A DNA stretch of 64,000 bases. Origin: Parcubacteria group bacterium LiPW_15 (lineage in GTDB: Bacteria; Patescibacteriota; Minisyncoccia; UBA6257; 2-01-FULL-56-20). Below the pieces are notes generated by a model, which was not told where the DNA came from, did not search any database, and saw nothing but the letters and a program-made list of their open reading frames with translations. Shown piece by piece: positions 53,286 through 62,378 of this stretch. Each line of letters opens with the position of its first letter. Position 1 is the first letter of the stretch. The position numbers and the translations under genes are program-made. The DNA is taken from the NCBI GenBank assembly GCA_007375645.1, contig VMER01000001.1, positions 69,139 to 133,138 of the forward strand, given 5' to 3'.

Positions 53286-54311
53286 ATGCAGATATCAAAG
53301 ATTTACACCACCCTAGTCAAGGACCTTTCCGACCGGCAAATTGAAGTAATTGCTGGCCGTTTTGGGCTTAAGAATGGAACTCCGGAGACCCTTGAGGCCA
53401 TCGGAGGGCGTTTTGGCGTTACCCGCGAACGGGTTCGCCAGATAGAAGCTTCCGCATTGTCGCTCATGGCTTCCAAATATGAGACCATTCCGGCTTGTGT
53501 TTCGGCCATGGAAAAAGGCAAGAAATATTTGAAAACTATGGGAGGCGTGGCCAAACAGGAAAACCTGGTCAAGCTTCTTTCTAAGGATATTGAAGGTTTG
53601 ACCGAAAATTATTTGAGCCTCCTTTTGTCCATTTCCGATTCCTTTAACTCTTACAACGAGGATAACGAATTCTGGCCCTTCTACTATTTGGATAAAAATG
53701 GTTTGAAAGACGCGGTGAAGCTCATCGCTTCCTGGGGCAGTGTTTTGAATCAAAAGAAAGGAGAAGTCCTTTCCGGCGGTTACGAAACCAATTTGAAGAA
53801 ATTCTTGAAAGAGAAGAATCTTTCCGCGGAATATCTCGAAAATTGCTTGAGCATTTCGAAAGCCATCCATTCTAATCCTTACGGCGATAAGGGCCTCGTG
53901 GCCTGGCCGGAGATCCGTCCGAAAACTATTCGCGACAGGATATACTTGGCGCTCAAGAAAAAGGGTGAGCCTCAGCATTTTGCGGAAATCGCCAATTTGG
54001 TGAACCAGGCGAAATTCGATAAGAGAATTGCCTTGGCTTCCACCGTTCACAATGAACTTATCAAAGACTCCCGCTTTGTCCTCGTCGGACGCGGTATTTA
54101 TGCTCTCTCCGAACACGGTTTTGAGCCCGGTACCGCCAAAGATGTTATCAAGACCATTCTCGCGAAAGCAGGCCCCCTTAAGTCCAAGGAAATCGTTTCC
54201 GCGGTTCAGGAAAAGCGCTTCTTCAAGTACAACACTATTCTGGTGAATCTTCAGAACAAAGAACTCTTCGAGCGTTTGGGTGACGGCACTTACAAGGTCC
54301 GCGAAGCGTAA
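53286..54311 (+). CDS. protein with N-terminal sigma-70 region-4 HTH followed by about 270 aa of unknown function
   Basis: [23 protein letters not shown] (region 4.2 signature); TTGACA-N17-TATAAT at 53258-53286 places the start at Met 53286, not 53238. Confidence 0.5.
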   Translation: MQISKIYTTLVKDLSDRQIEVIAGRFGLKNGTPETLEAIGGRFGVTRERVRQIEASALSLMASKYETIPACVSAMEKGKKYLKTMGGVAKQENLVKLLSKDIEGLTENYLSLLLSISDSFNSYNEDNEFWPFYYLDKNGLKDAVKLIASWGSVLNQKKGEVLSGGYETNLKKFLKEKNLSAEYLENCLSISKAIHSNPYGDKGLVAWPEIRPKTIRDRIYLALKKKGEPQHFAEIANLVNQAKFDKRIALASTVHNELIKDSRFVLVGRGIYALSEHGFEPGTAKDVIKTILAKAGPLKSKEIVSAVQEKRFFKYNTILVNLQNKELFERLGDGTYKVREA

Positions 54312-54347
54312 GACTTTTCAAGTTCTATTTGTGCTAAAATTAAGTAG

Positions 54348-55610
54348 ATGAGTTTTAATTTCGTATTCCAAAGTATTTTGGACTTTTTCGCTTTATATTG
54401 GTGGATAATCGTTCCAATAATCTTTTTGCCCCTTTATAGCTCAACCGCGCTCTTTGTAACCCACGAAAAGAGGAAACGCGAGAATAAGTGGGTAATTTTG
54501 GATATTAAAATTTCCAGGGAGACCAAGAAAACCCCGCAGGCGATGGAGCAGATACTCGAAACAATGAACGGCTGGGGGACTTTGCCCTCGAGGAAACCAA
54601 CGGAATGGGCGTCGCTTGAACTTATAAGCATCGGCGGCGAGATCCATTTTATGATCCGCATACTTGAGAAATACAAGAATCTTTTAGAATCCACGTTTTT
54701 CTCCTTTTATCAGGACGTAGACATAAAAGAAGTGGATGATTATATGGATCATGTGCCTTCGAACACGGCCCAGCTTTACGCGCGGGATCTGAATGTCTGG
54801 GGCACGGAACTTATCCTCGGAAAAGAAGGCGCGTACCCGATAAAATCCTATAAAGAGTTTACGAGCGGCGGCGAGGGCAAAGAATTCGACCCGATGTCCG
54901 TGTTCACGGAAATAATGGGCCGGCTTTTGCCGGACGAATTCTTGGGAGTCCAGATGATCCTTATGCCCATAAGCACGAAAAGCGTTCGGGAGAAATACAA
55001 GCCGCTTCTTGAAAAATTGAAGGCAAAGCCCAAGGAGGGCGAGACCTTGGATACCACCACCCTGAAACTGACTTTGGGAACCGACGCGAAAAAAGTAAAA
55101 GTAGTTGAGGAAAATTTGTCCAAGCCTTTTTTCAACACGCTCATCCGAGCGATATATGTTGCGCCCCGATCTTCTTTCCGCGAGAAATACGCGAAGCAGG
55201 GGATAGTGAGCTCCTTCAATCAATACGCGTCTCCGGATCTGAATTCATTCAAGAAAAATTCGCAAACCGAGATCGGCGATGTGCTTCCGAATCCGGACAA
55301 ACTTTTTGCTCTCTTTCCAAAAAGCCGGGATGAAGCCAGGAAGGAGCGGATATTGCACACCTACCGGCATCGGGACGTTCCTCCGGTAAGCGCCATGGGC
55401 AAACTTATAAGCTCGATGTTTTTTCATACAAATAATGCTTCGAGATTTGTGGAACTGTCCACGGAATCTTTGGCCACCGTTTTCCATCTGCCGACCACTG
55501 TGGTTTTGACGGCGCCGTTCATGCAGAGAGTCGAAAGCAGGAAGGTCGGTCCGCCTCAAGGGCTCGCGATATTCGGCGGGAACGAAGATCTGGAAATATT
55601 CGAAACATGA
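54348..55610 (+). CDS. hypothetical protein with N-terminal TM (420 aa)
   Basis: first gene of a three-gene operon with 4-nt overlaps. Confidence 0.45.
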   Translation: MSFNFVFQSILDFFALYWWIIVPIIFLPLYSSTALFVTHEKRKRENKWVILDIKISRETKKTPQAMEQILETMNGWGTLPSRKPTEWASLELISIGGEIHFMIRILEKYKNLLESTFFSFYQDVDIKEVDDYMDHVPSNTAQLYARDLNVWGTELILGKEGAYPIKSYKEFTSGGEGKEFDPMSVFTEIMGRLLPDEFLGVQMILMPISTKSVREKYKPLLEKLKAKPKEGETLDTTTLKLTLGTDAKKVKVVEENLSKPFFNTLIRAIYVAPRSSFREKYAKQGIVSSFNQYASPDLNSFKKNSQTEIGDVLPNPDKLFALFPKSRDEARKERILHTYRHRDVPPVSAMGKLISSMFFHTNNASRFVELSTESLATVFHLPTTVVLTAPFMQRVESRKVGPPQGLAIFGGNEDLEIFET

Positions 55611-56113
55611 ACCTAGATTTTTCAAATCTCACCTTGCCTCAGATATTCGAATACATCCGCATCGGGATAATCATTTTTGATTTTCTGTTGGTCGCGGCGA
55701 CTATTCATATATTCATGAAAGCGATAAAGATAAGGCCTCGGTTCAGGGCCGATATTAACCGGGCGCCGGTCTTAACCATCCGCAAAGAGGAATTGCTCGA
55801 AAAATGGAACGCGATAATGGAAAAATACACCGACGGCAAACCGGACAATCTGAAGATCGCGGTTATCCAGGGCGACGCCATGATCGACGGCATTCTTAAA
55901 AACGCCGGTCTCAAAGGCGAGCATATGGCCGATCGTTTGGATAATATCGAGCCGGGCGAGCTCAAGAGTTTCGAAGACCTTTGGCGTTCGCACAAGATCC
56001 GCAACAACATCGTTCACAACGAAGCCTTCGTGCTTAACAAGCAGATCGCGGAAACGGCTATCAAAGGTTACGAAAAGTTTTTAAAAGAGCTGGGGGTCTT
56101 AACTTCACAATAA
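55607..56113 (+). CDS. hypothetical protein with single N-terminal TM (168 aa)
   Basis: ATGA overlap with upstream gene. Confidence 0.45.
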   Translation: MNLDFSNLTLPQIFEYIRIGIIIFDFLLVAATIHIFMKAIKIRPRFRADINRAPVLTIRKEELLEKWNAIMEKYTDGKPDNLKIAVIQGDAMIDGILKNAGLKGEHMADRLDNIEPGELKSFEDLWRSHKIRNNIVHNEAFVLNKQIAETAIKGYEKFLKELGVLTSQ

Positions 56114-56114
56114 A

Positions 56115-57656
56115 ATGGCAAAAGAAAAAAAAGACGTAGTATTTTTCGCGAAAACGGACTTCCGGGACGCCGACCGAATTTTCGGTATTAAGCGCGCCGA
56201 CCGGAGACAGCATATGTATGTGATAGGAAAGACGGGAACCGGTAAAACCACTTTGCTTCGCAACATGGTCATTCAAGACATCGCGAACGGCGAGGGTCTT
56301 TGCGTGGTGGACCCGCACGGAGAGTTCGTCGAAGATCTTTTGAAAATGATCCCGAAAGACAGATTGGACGATGTGGTCTACTTTAACCCGGGCGACCCCG
56401 ATTTTCATGTCGGCTTTAATCCTTTGGAGATAAGCGACCCGAGGTATAAGCATCTTGTGGCTTCCGGACTGATGGCCATCTTTACCAAGATCTGGGCTGG
56501 CGTTTGGTCGCCTAGAATGGAATATATTTTGAACAACTGCGTCTTGGGCCTTTTGGATACTCCGGGGACAACTCTCTTGGGAATACCGAGGCTTCTGGTG
56601 GACAAGGAATTCAGGCAAAAAGTAGTCGCGAATATTCAGGATCCGGTGGTCAAAGCTTTCTGGTCCACGGAATACGAAGCCTGGAAAGACCAATATCGAA
56701 ACGAGGCCATTGCCCCTATCCAAAACAAAGTAGGACAATTTTTGTCCGTTACTTTGGTCAGGAATATTGTCGGACAGCAAAAGAGCACCGTGGATTTCTT
56801 CGAGATAATGAACAGCGGAAAGATCCTCTTGGTTAACGTGTCTAAGGGCAGGATCGGAGAAGATAACTCCGCGCTTTTGGGCGCGATGGTTATCACCAAG
56901 ATACAGCTCTCCGCGATGGATCGCATCCGTGTTCCCGAAGAAGAGCGCGTGGACTTCTACTTATATGTCGACGAATTTCAAAACTTCGCGACCGATTCTT
57001 TCGCCAATATCCTTTCCGAGGCGCGCAAATACCGTCTTTGTCTTACCATGGCGCATCAATACATCGGCCAGCTGGTGACGGATGTTTCCACAAAAGTTCG
57101 GGATGCTATTTTCGGTAACGTGGGAACCCAAATGATCATGAGAGTCGGTGCGGCTGATGCGGATTTTCTGGCCAAGGAATTGGAGCCGGAATTCGGCGCG
57201 CAGGACATGGTGAATCTTCCGAATCGCAGAATATATCTAAAGCTTATGGTGGACGGCGTGACTTCCCGTTCGTTTTCCGCCGCCACTTTGCCTCCGATAA
57301 AAACTCAATTTGAAGCTGCTGCGGAAGAAGACGTTATTAAAACCTCAAGGAAACGTTATGCCCGGCCTCGTTACGCGGTAGAGGAAGAGATAAGCGAGTG
57401 GAGCGAGGTTATGGGAGGCCCCCGAGGCGGGTCGCCAGCGCCGAGACAGGAAGCTCCTAGGCAAATGATTCCTTCCGAAGAACGAAGAGAAGCCCCGACT
57501 CAAACAATTTCCTTGAAAGAACTTGAAGGCAAAGAAACTTTCCCGTCCAAAGAAAAGGAACGGAAACCGGTTGAACCGTCGGATATTGATTCGGTAAGAA
57601 AAATGATAAGCGATGCAATGTCCGCTCCGAAAGACGAAGACGAAAATGAAAAATAA
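56115..57656 (+). CDS. P-loop ATPase of TraD/TrwB/VirD4-like (type IV coupling protein or HerA-like) family
   Basis: Walker A VIGKTGTGKTTLL, Walker B LYVDEFQNF, acidic C-terminal tail. Confidence 0.45.
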   Translation: MAKEKKDVVFFAKTDFRDADRIFGIKRADRRQHMYVIGKTGTGKTTLLRNMVIQDIANGEGLCVVDPHGEFVEDLLKMIPKDRLDDVVYFNPGDPDFHVGFNPLEISDPRYKHLVASGLMAIFTKIWAGVWSPRMEYILNNCVLGLLDTPGTTLLGIPRLLVDKEFRQKVVANIQDPVVKAFWSTEYEAWKDQYRNEAIAPIQNKVGQFLSVTLVRNIVGQQKSTVDFFEIMNSGKILLVNVSKGRIGEDNSALLGAMVITKIQLSAMDRIRVPEEERVDFYLYVDEFQNFATDSFANILSEARKYRLCLTMAHQYIGQLVTDVSTKVRDAIFGNVGTQMIMRVGAADADFLAKELEPEFGAQDMVNLPNRRIYLKLMVDGVTSRSFSAATLPPIKTQFEAAAEEDVIKTSRKRYARPRYAVEEEISEWSEVMGGPRGGSPAPRQEAPRQMIPSEERREAPTQTISLKELEGKETFPSKEKERKPVEPSDIDSVRKMISDAMSAPKDEDENEK

Positions 57657-58281
57657 GCTCGAGGTAGTTATTCTAACTGCCTTTCCGAAGATATTCGATT
57701 CTTATTTGAACGAGTCGCTTTTTAAGCGCGCTATTGCCAAAAAGATATTGAAATTTAAGATAGTGAACTTGCGTGATTTCGCGACCGGTAAACACAAGAA
57801 AATCGACGATCGGCCGTTCGGCGGGGGACCGGGAATGGTCTTGATGGTAGAGCCGATAACCAAGGCGCTTAAATCGCTAGGCGCGAAAAATAAAACCAGA
57901 ACTATTTTGTTTTCCACCCGGGGTAAAAAGTTAGATGCGGCGATGGCGAAGCGACTTTCCAAATATGACCGGCTTATCCTAATTTCGGGCCGCTACGAGG
58001 GCGTGGACGAACGAGTGGCGGAAGCGTTGGCGGACGAAGAAGTGTCTATCGGAGATTTTGTGCTTTCGGGAGGCGAACTTCCCGCCTTGGTGCTTTCCGA
58101 ATCTGTCGCGCGATTCCTACCCGGATTCTTGGGCAAACTCGAATCGCTCGAGGAACTTAAAGGTTCATATCCCGTTTATACTCGTCCCGAGGAGTTCAAG
58201 CTCGGGAAAAAGAAGCTAAAAGTCCCGCAGGTCCTGCTTTCGGGAGATCATAAAAAGATCGAGGAGTGGAGAAGAAAATAA
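57646..58281 (+). CDS. trmD: tRNA (guanine37-N1)-methyltransferase TrmD
   Basis: VVILTAFPKIF, DDRPFGGGPGMV, SIGDFVLSGGE. Confidence 0.85.
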   Translation: MKNKLEVVILTAFPKIFDSYLNESLFKRAIAKKILKFKIVNLRDFATGKHKKIDDRPFGGGPGMVLMVEPITKALKSLGAKNKTRTILFSTRGKKLDAAMAKRLSKYDRLILISGRYEGVDERVAEALADEEVSIGDFVLSGGELPALVLSESVARFLPGFLGKLESLEELKGSYPVYTRPEEFKLGKKKLKVPQVLLSGDHKKIEEWRRK

Positions 58282-58359
58282 AGGAAGGGTATCATAACGG
58301 CAAAAGAACGATTATATTTATTGTGATGGATAAACACCGAAAAATGATGCCTACCCACA

Positions 58360-59577
58360 ATGATTAGAATCACTAACATCAAAATCGAAAATTTTCGTTC
58401 CTGTATAAGTACCACGATTGCCTTACGCAAGGATTTGACAACTTTGATAGGTATCAACGGAGCTGGGAAGAGCAATATTCTAACCGGCATTCAACTACTG
58501 AGGTCGGCGGTGGCGACAAGTAGAAATAGATTTATTCATAAAGGCATTAGAGAGTCTCTTTCTCAAACTAACATCAGGTTAGATATAGACATCGACAACA
58601 AAAAATATATTCTGAAGGCAAATATCTACTACGATACAGATGAAGAAAATATAGACGAAATTGATTCCGTTGAAATTTTTATCAAAAAAGCAGGCTCTAC
58701 TCGGACTTGGGCCCCAATAAACGGACGCTCGTTAGATCTTATCCAACGATATAAATATCTACATAGAGTCCCGGAGAACTACATTCACTATTACAGTGAT
58801 TTTAATGCCGAGGATAAATTAAACATTAGAATATTGGAATACTTAGCAAGCATAAGTTATTACGGCGCAACTCAATTTTCGGATCCAACACAATCTCCAG
58901 TATCAATAGAGCTCGAAGACTCCAAACCTTCCTTGAGGACATATAGAACGGGGATGCCGCATAATAAATTTATTTTTGATTTATTTATTAGCTGGAAAAA
59001 AAAGAAAAAAGAATTTAATAGATTTATTAATATAGTCAACAAAAATGGAATTGGTTTAATCAGCGATATCAAATTTGCTGAGTTTAACTTACCCAATAGC
59101 ACCTATGGGGTTAAACCAGGGGGGAAGATTAGAAAGGAGGTCAAAAGTAAAAATATTATAATTCCCTCAGTCATTCTTGACGGCTTGTCGTTATCCCCGA
59201 ATCAACTTTCAGAGGGAACATTCAAAACGCTAGCGTTAATATTTTATATACTCAATGATCAAAGCGAACTTCTTTTAATTGAAGAGCCGGAAGTTTGTGT
59301 GCATCACGGTTTACTAAATAGCATAATTGAATTAATTAAAATCCAGTCAAAGCAGAAACAAATAGTTGTCAGCACCCATTCAGACTACGTCTTGGACAAA
59401 ATTAATCCAGAGAACGTTATAATCGTTAGGCGCAATAAAAAGGATGGTACAACTGCCAAGGCGTTGACCAAAACCCTTTCAAAGAACGACTTCGCGGTCT
59501 TGAAGGAATATTTAAACACCTCCGGAAACCTGGGTGAATATTGGAAGGAAGGGGGATTCGAAAATGAGCCAGATTAA
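58360..59577 (+). CDS. ABC-type (AAA_21/OLD-N-like) ATPase, AT-rich
   Basis: IKIENFRS..LIGINGAGKSN (Walker A), LLLIEEPEVCVHH (Walker B/D-loop), VVSTHS (H-loop). Confidence 0.7.
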   Translation: MIRITNIKIENFRSCISTTIALRKDLTTLIGINGAGKSNILTGIQLLRSAVATSRNRFIHKGIRESLSQTNIRLDIDIDNKKYILKANIYYDTDEENIDEIDSVEIFIKKAGSTRTWAPINGRSLDLIQRYKYLHRVPENYIHYYSDFNAEDKLNIRILEYLASISYYGATQFSDPTQSPVSIELEDSKPSLRTYRTGMPHNKFIFDLFISWKKKKKEFNRFINIVNKNGIGLISDIKFAEFNLPNSTYGVKPGGKIRKEVKSKNIIIPSVILDGLSLSPNQLSEGTFKTLALIFYILNDQSELLLIEEPEVCVHHGLLNSIIELIKIQSKQKQIVVSTHSDYVLDKINPENVIIVRRNKKDGTTAKALTKTLSKNDFAVLKEYLNTSGNLGEYWKEGGFENEPD

Positions 59578-60142
59578 GCGCATCGGCATAATTGCCGAAG
59601 ATGAGAGCGATTTTGAATCATCGAAAATTCTTATAAGGCGGTTAACTAAAAAAAAGAATTTAGATTTTAGAAAAAGTCTCGCAAACGGTTGTGGCAGGTT
59701 AAAGAGGAAGGCACCTACTTTTGCGGTTGATTTAAAAAATAGAGGTTGTGATTTGCTAATTCTCATGCATGACTTGGACAAGAATAATCTTGAAAAATTA
59801 AGGACGGAACTTGGAAAATTATTGCGCGGGAATCCTTTTCCAAAATATTTTGTTTGTATTCCAATCGAAGAAATTGAAGCATGGTTTTTAAGTGATCCGG
59901 CTACCATTAAAAAAGTTTTTAAGCTTAAACGCACTCCGAAAGTTGGCGACGAACCAGAGAGTATTGATTCTCCGAAAGAGAAATTAGGAGAATATGTTTA
60001 TTCATGCTCGGGTAATGAAAAAAAATATATTAATACGCACCATAATGCGCAGCTTGCATCGCAAGTCTCGCTAGATTTAATCAGAAAGAAGTGTGGGGCT
60101 TTCAATGAGTTGTGTAATTTTATTCTGACCCAAAAATATTAA
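59564..60142 (+). CDS. small Toprim-like (RloB/DUF4276-like by motif) partner protein, translationally coupled to the ATPase
   Basis: IGIIAEDESDFE (E-x-x-S-D Toprim glutamate motif) and LLILMHDLD (DxD); SD ggaaggaaggggg; 14-nt overlap with ATPase stop. Confidence 0.5.
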   Translation: MSQIKRIGIIAEDESDFESSKILIRRLTKKKNLDFRKSLANGCGRLKRKAPTFAVDLKNRGCDLLILMHDLDKNNLEKLRTELGKLLRGNPFPKYFVCIPIEEIEAWFLSDPATIKKVFKLKRTPKVGDEPESIDSPKEKLGEYVYSCSGNEKKYINTHHNAQLASQVSLDLIRKKCGAFNELCNFILTQKY

Positions 60143-60167
60143 AAACCCGTTTATTTCTTGGAAAAGT

Positions 60168-60196
60168 TTGACATCGCCCGCGCGGATTGATAATCT
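60168..60196 (+). promoter_or_regulatory. putative sigma-70 promoter TTGACA-N17-TAATCT driving the GC-rich island
   Basis: about 35 nt before ATG 60230. Confidence 0.45.
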
Positions 60197-60229
60197 GCGG
60201 CCAGTATCGATTGAAAGGGGAGACAGGCA

Positions 60230-60496
60230 ATGAGCCACAAGAATCCGACCGGTTGTTGGGTGTACAAAGGAAGCTACTCCGTGCTTCTCGCGGACGAGGC
60301 GGGCACCAATCATCTACCGCCAGGAGCGGTGTTGAGCGGTAGGACTGTGCGTGTTCAGGATGGATCGGTCGCTCAGTCGATGGGCGGCATCAACCTCTAT
60401 GCCGAGGGAATCTCTTTCGGCTGGGGCTACAAGGGCCTCAAAGAGATCCGCGATGGCAGAGGCAAGCTCCTCTGGCAGAACAAAGACTATCGCTGA
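60230..60496 (+). CDS. hypothetical protein (88 aa), GC-rich
   Basis: SD aaaggggag. Confidence 0.45.
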   Translation: MSHKNPTGCWVYKGSYSVLLADEAGTNHLPPGAVLSGRTVRVQDGSVAQSMGGINLYAEGISFGWGYKGLKEIRDGRGKLLWQNKDYR

Positions 60497-60537
60497 ACAG
60501 ATTTCTGAATCGGCGGAACAGAGAAGGGAGAAGTTAC

Positions 60538-60765
60538 ATGTCCGAGAAATTCTCTGCGGGAAGCAATGTGCGTCTCTACGAAGGGCCAGCTTTCCACCGG
60601 GTCCGACCCATGGTTTCCCCGCTCGTGCACGGAGAGACGTACGTGGTGGCGGAGACCATGGTGAGTACATGCTCCGGGGGACAGGAGGGACAACTCGTTC
60701 GTGTCCATCTGCCCAACGGCTGTAGGTCCAACTGGATCGAAGCGACCTGGCTCTGCCAGGCTTAG
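60538..60765 (+). CDS. small SH3b-like domain protein (75 aa), GC-rich
   Basis: SNVRLYEGPAFHRVRP..GETYVVAE..W..V.LPNGCRSNWIEATWL resembles bacterial SH3_3; SD gggagaag. Confidence 0.4.
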   Translation: MSEKFSAGSNVRLYEGPAFHRVRPMVSPLVHGETYVVAETMVSTCSGGQEGQLVRVHLPNGCRSNWIEATWLCQA

Positions 60766-60778
60766 ATCAGCTCTCTCA

Positions 60779-60858
60779 GGGCCTTCCGGGAAACCGGACG
60801 GCCTTTTTCATTTCAAAATTATAGCTTTTCATAATATACAAAATAACGGAGAAAATAT
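60779..60858 (+). repeat. DR-A: terminator hairpin ggccttccgggaaaccggacggcc plus T-tract and about 55 nt homologous to DR-B
   Basis: about 70% identity to 62297-62378 over 80 nt. Confidence 0.55.
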
Positions 60859-60859
60859 C

Positions 60860-60888
60860 TTGACGTTCGGCATAAAAAGTGCTACTAT
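60860..60888 (+). promoter_or_regulatory. putative sigma-70 promoter TTGACG-N17-TACTAT
   Basis: precedes 60952 gene. Confidence 0.45.
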
Positions 60889-60951
60889 CCTCGCATTAAG
60901 CAGCACCTTTAAACGGCACCTATGCCATAAAATAGGGGAAAGGAGGAGTCC

Positions 60952-61524
60952 ATGCTTCTCTCGGTTCTCGCCGCGTTGTTCCAAGTGTCCGCTTACGTGG
61001 CATATTTCGCTCAGGTGAGCGCCGGCGGATCAATTCCGAACCCGGCTTCCTGGAGCGTGTGGGCGCTTCTTTCCATCCTGAATGCCCTGACGTTCTGGAG
61101 GGCTTCGAAGGATGCGCTCGCAACAGCGCAGTTCTTCACCGGATCAGTCGCCTGTGTCATGGTTTGGACTTACTCGCTCATGACGGGGAAGTTCGTTCCG
61201 TTGGACACAAAAGCGTGGCTCGTTCTCATCTTCTGCTTCGTGGCTTGTGCGATCTGGTATGTGAAGCGAAGCGCGATTTACGCCAATCTCGTGATTGCCG
61301 GCATCTTCACCGTTTCATCGGTGCCGACTTTCGTGGGCGTGTGGCGAAACAGCCATGTGGAACAGCCGCTTGCGTGGATGTTCTGGACAACCGCATTTGC
61401 GGTTACCACGATCAACGTGCTTCGGCGAACCGATCGAACAAAACCGCGCTGGTGGTTCATCATGGCTATGCCGATCTATGGCCTCGTCTTCCACGGCCTG
61501 ATCGCCATCTGCGCTGCACGATAA
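60952..61524 (+). CDS. hypothetical 6-TM membrane protein, GC-rich
   Basis: SD aaaggaggag. Confidence 0.5.
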   Translation: MLLSVLAALFQVSAYVAYFAQVSAGGSIPNPASWSVWALLSILNALTFWRASKDALATAQFFTGSVACVMVWTYSLMTGKFVPLDTKAWLVLIFCFVACAIWYVKRSAIYANLVIAGIFTVSSVPTFVGVWRNSHVEQPLAWMFWTTAFAVTTINVLRRTDRTKPRWWFIMAMPIYGLVFHGLIAICAAR

Positions 61525-61537
61525 GAAGGGAGGATGT

Positions 61538-61885
61538 ATGTTCACAGCAAAGCGTTATCCGGAGGGAAAGTTCCCTCCCAAACGAGGCTCCAGAAGTATC
61601 TGGCACGTTCATTGCATGACAGGCGCCATCCAGGTCTTGAGGGACCTCGAGTTCCTGAAGGCTCTGGAGGACAATCCGCGTGACAGTGCCAAGATCCTTT
61701 TCGACGACGAATCCGAGGCGCTCGTCTCTCCCGGAGACGAACTTTGGGAGGAGCTCTTGAAGTTCGTCGCGGGGGGTTTCAAAATCGCGGTTTTCCCGTT
61801 CATTTTCAAGGCGAGGTACGTTCCCTGGACGGGCGCCCCGACCGACGCGAAGGAATTCGACGCCATTGAAATCAGGAAATCCTAA
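61538..61885 (+). CDS. hypothetical protein (115 aa), GC-rich
   Basis: SD aagggagga. Confidence 0.45.
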   Translation: MFTAKRYPEGKFPPKRGSRSIWHVHCMTGAIQVLRDLEFLKALEDNPRDSAKILFDDESEALVSPGDELWEELLKFVAGGFKIAVFPFIFKARYVPWTGAPTDAKEFDAIEIRKS

Positions 61886-61911
61886 CCAACCGAACAAGGA
61901 GAGGAGAGTAT

Positions 61912-62271
61912 ATGCCGCTCGTTACCATCCACCACAAGTTCGGTGTCCCTCAGGAGGACATCATCTGGAGCCTGGCCAAGGAATTGCCGGAAATCGTCGC
62001 CGAGGCCCTGAATGTGAAGGGAAAACCCGAGGCGCATCTCGACCCGGGCGATGTGGAGGTTCGGATCTCGAGGCTCGGCGAGCACGACGTGAACACGCGC
62101 GACGTCGAGATCATCGTCACTGCGAACTTCTACCTCGAGCGCATGGCGAACCTCGAGGAACGCGAGGAGATGATCCTGAACGCCGTCCGCGACTTTTTCG
62201 CTGACTACGATTTCAACGTCTCCGGTTACGTCTGGATCGACCTCAAGCTCGCCGCATTCGGCGCGCTGTAA
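61912..62271 (+). CDS. tautomerase-superfamily-like protein (Pro1 after Met), GC-rich
   Basis: MPLVTIHHKFGVPQEDIIWSLAKELPEIVAEAL resembles N-terminal beta-alpha-beta of 4-OT/MIF-like tautomerases; SD aaggagaggagag. Confidence 0.4.
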   Translation: MPLVTIHHKFGVPQEDIIWSLAKELPEIVAEALNVKGKPEAHLDPGDVEVRISRLGEHDVNTRDVEIIVTANFYLERMANLEEREEMILNAVRDFFADYDFNVSGYVWIDLKLAAFGAL

Positions 62272-62296
62272 CAAGACAGACGCAGCAGTTCTTCAT

Positions 62297-62378
62297 GGCC
62301 GTTCGGGAAACCGAGCGGCCTTTTTCTTTTGTAAAATTAGAACTTGTTATACTTTTATACATAATGGCGGCGGAAATA
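62297..62378 (+). repeat. DR-B: terminator hairpin ggccgttcgggaaaccgagcggcc plus T-tract and about 55 nt homologous to DR-A; overlaps comEC promoter region
   Basis: see DR-A. Confidence 0.55.

Noticed and set aside
60779-62378. Integron attC interpretation of the duplicated 80-bp modules
   Set aside because: There are no GTTRRRY core sites. The conserved part is a GNRA hairpin plus T-tract, which is an intrinsic terminator, with adjacent promoter-like sequence, and no intI is nearby.
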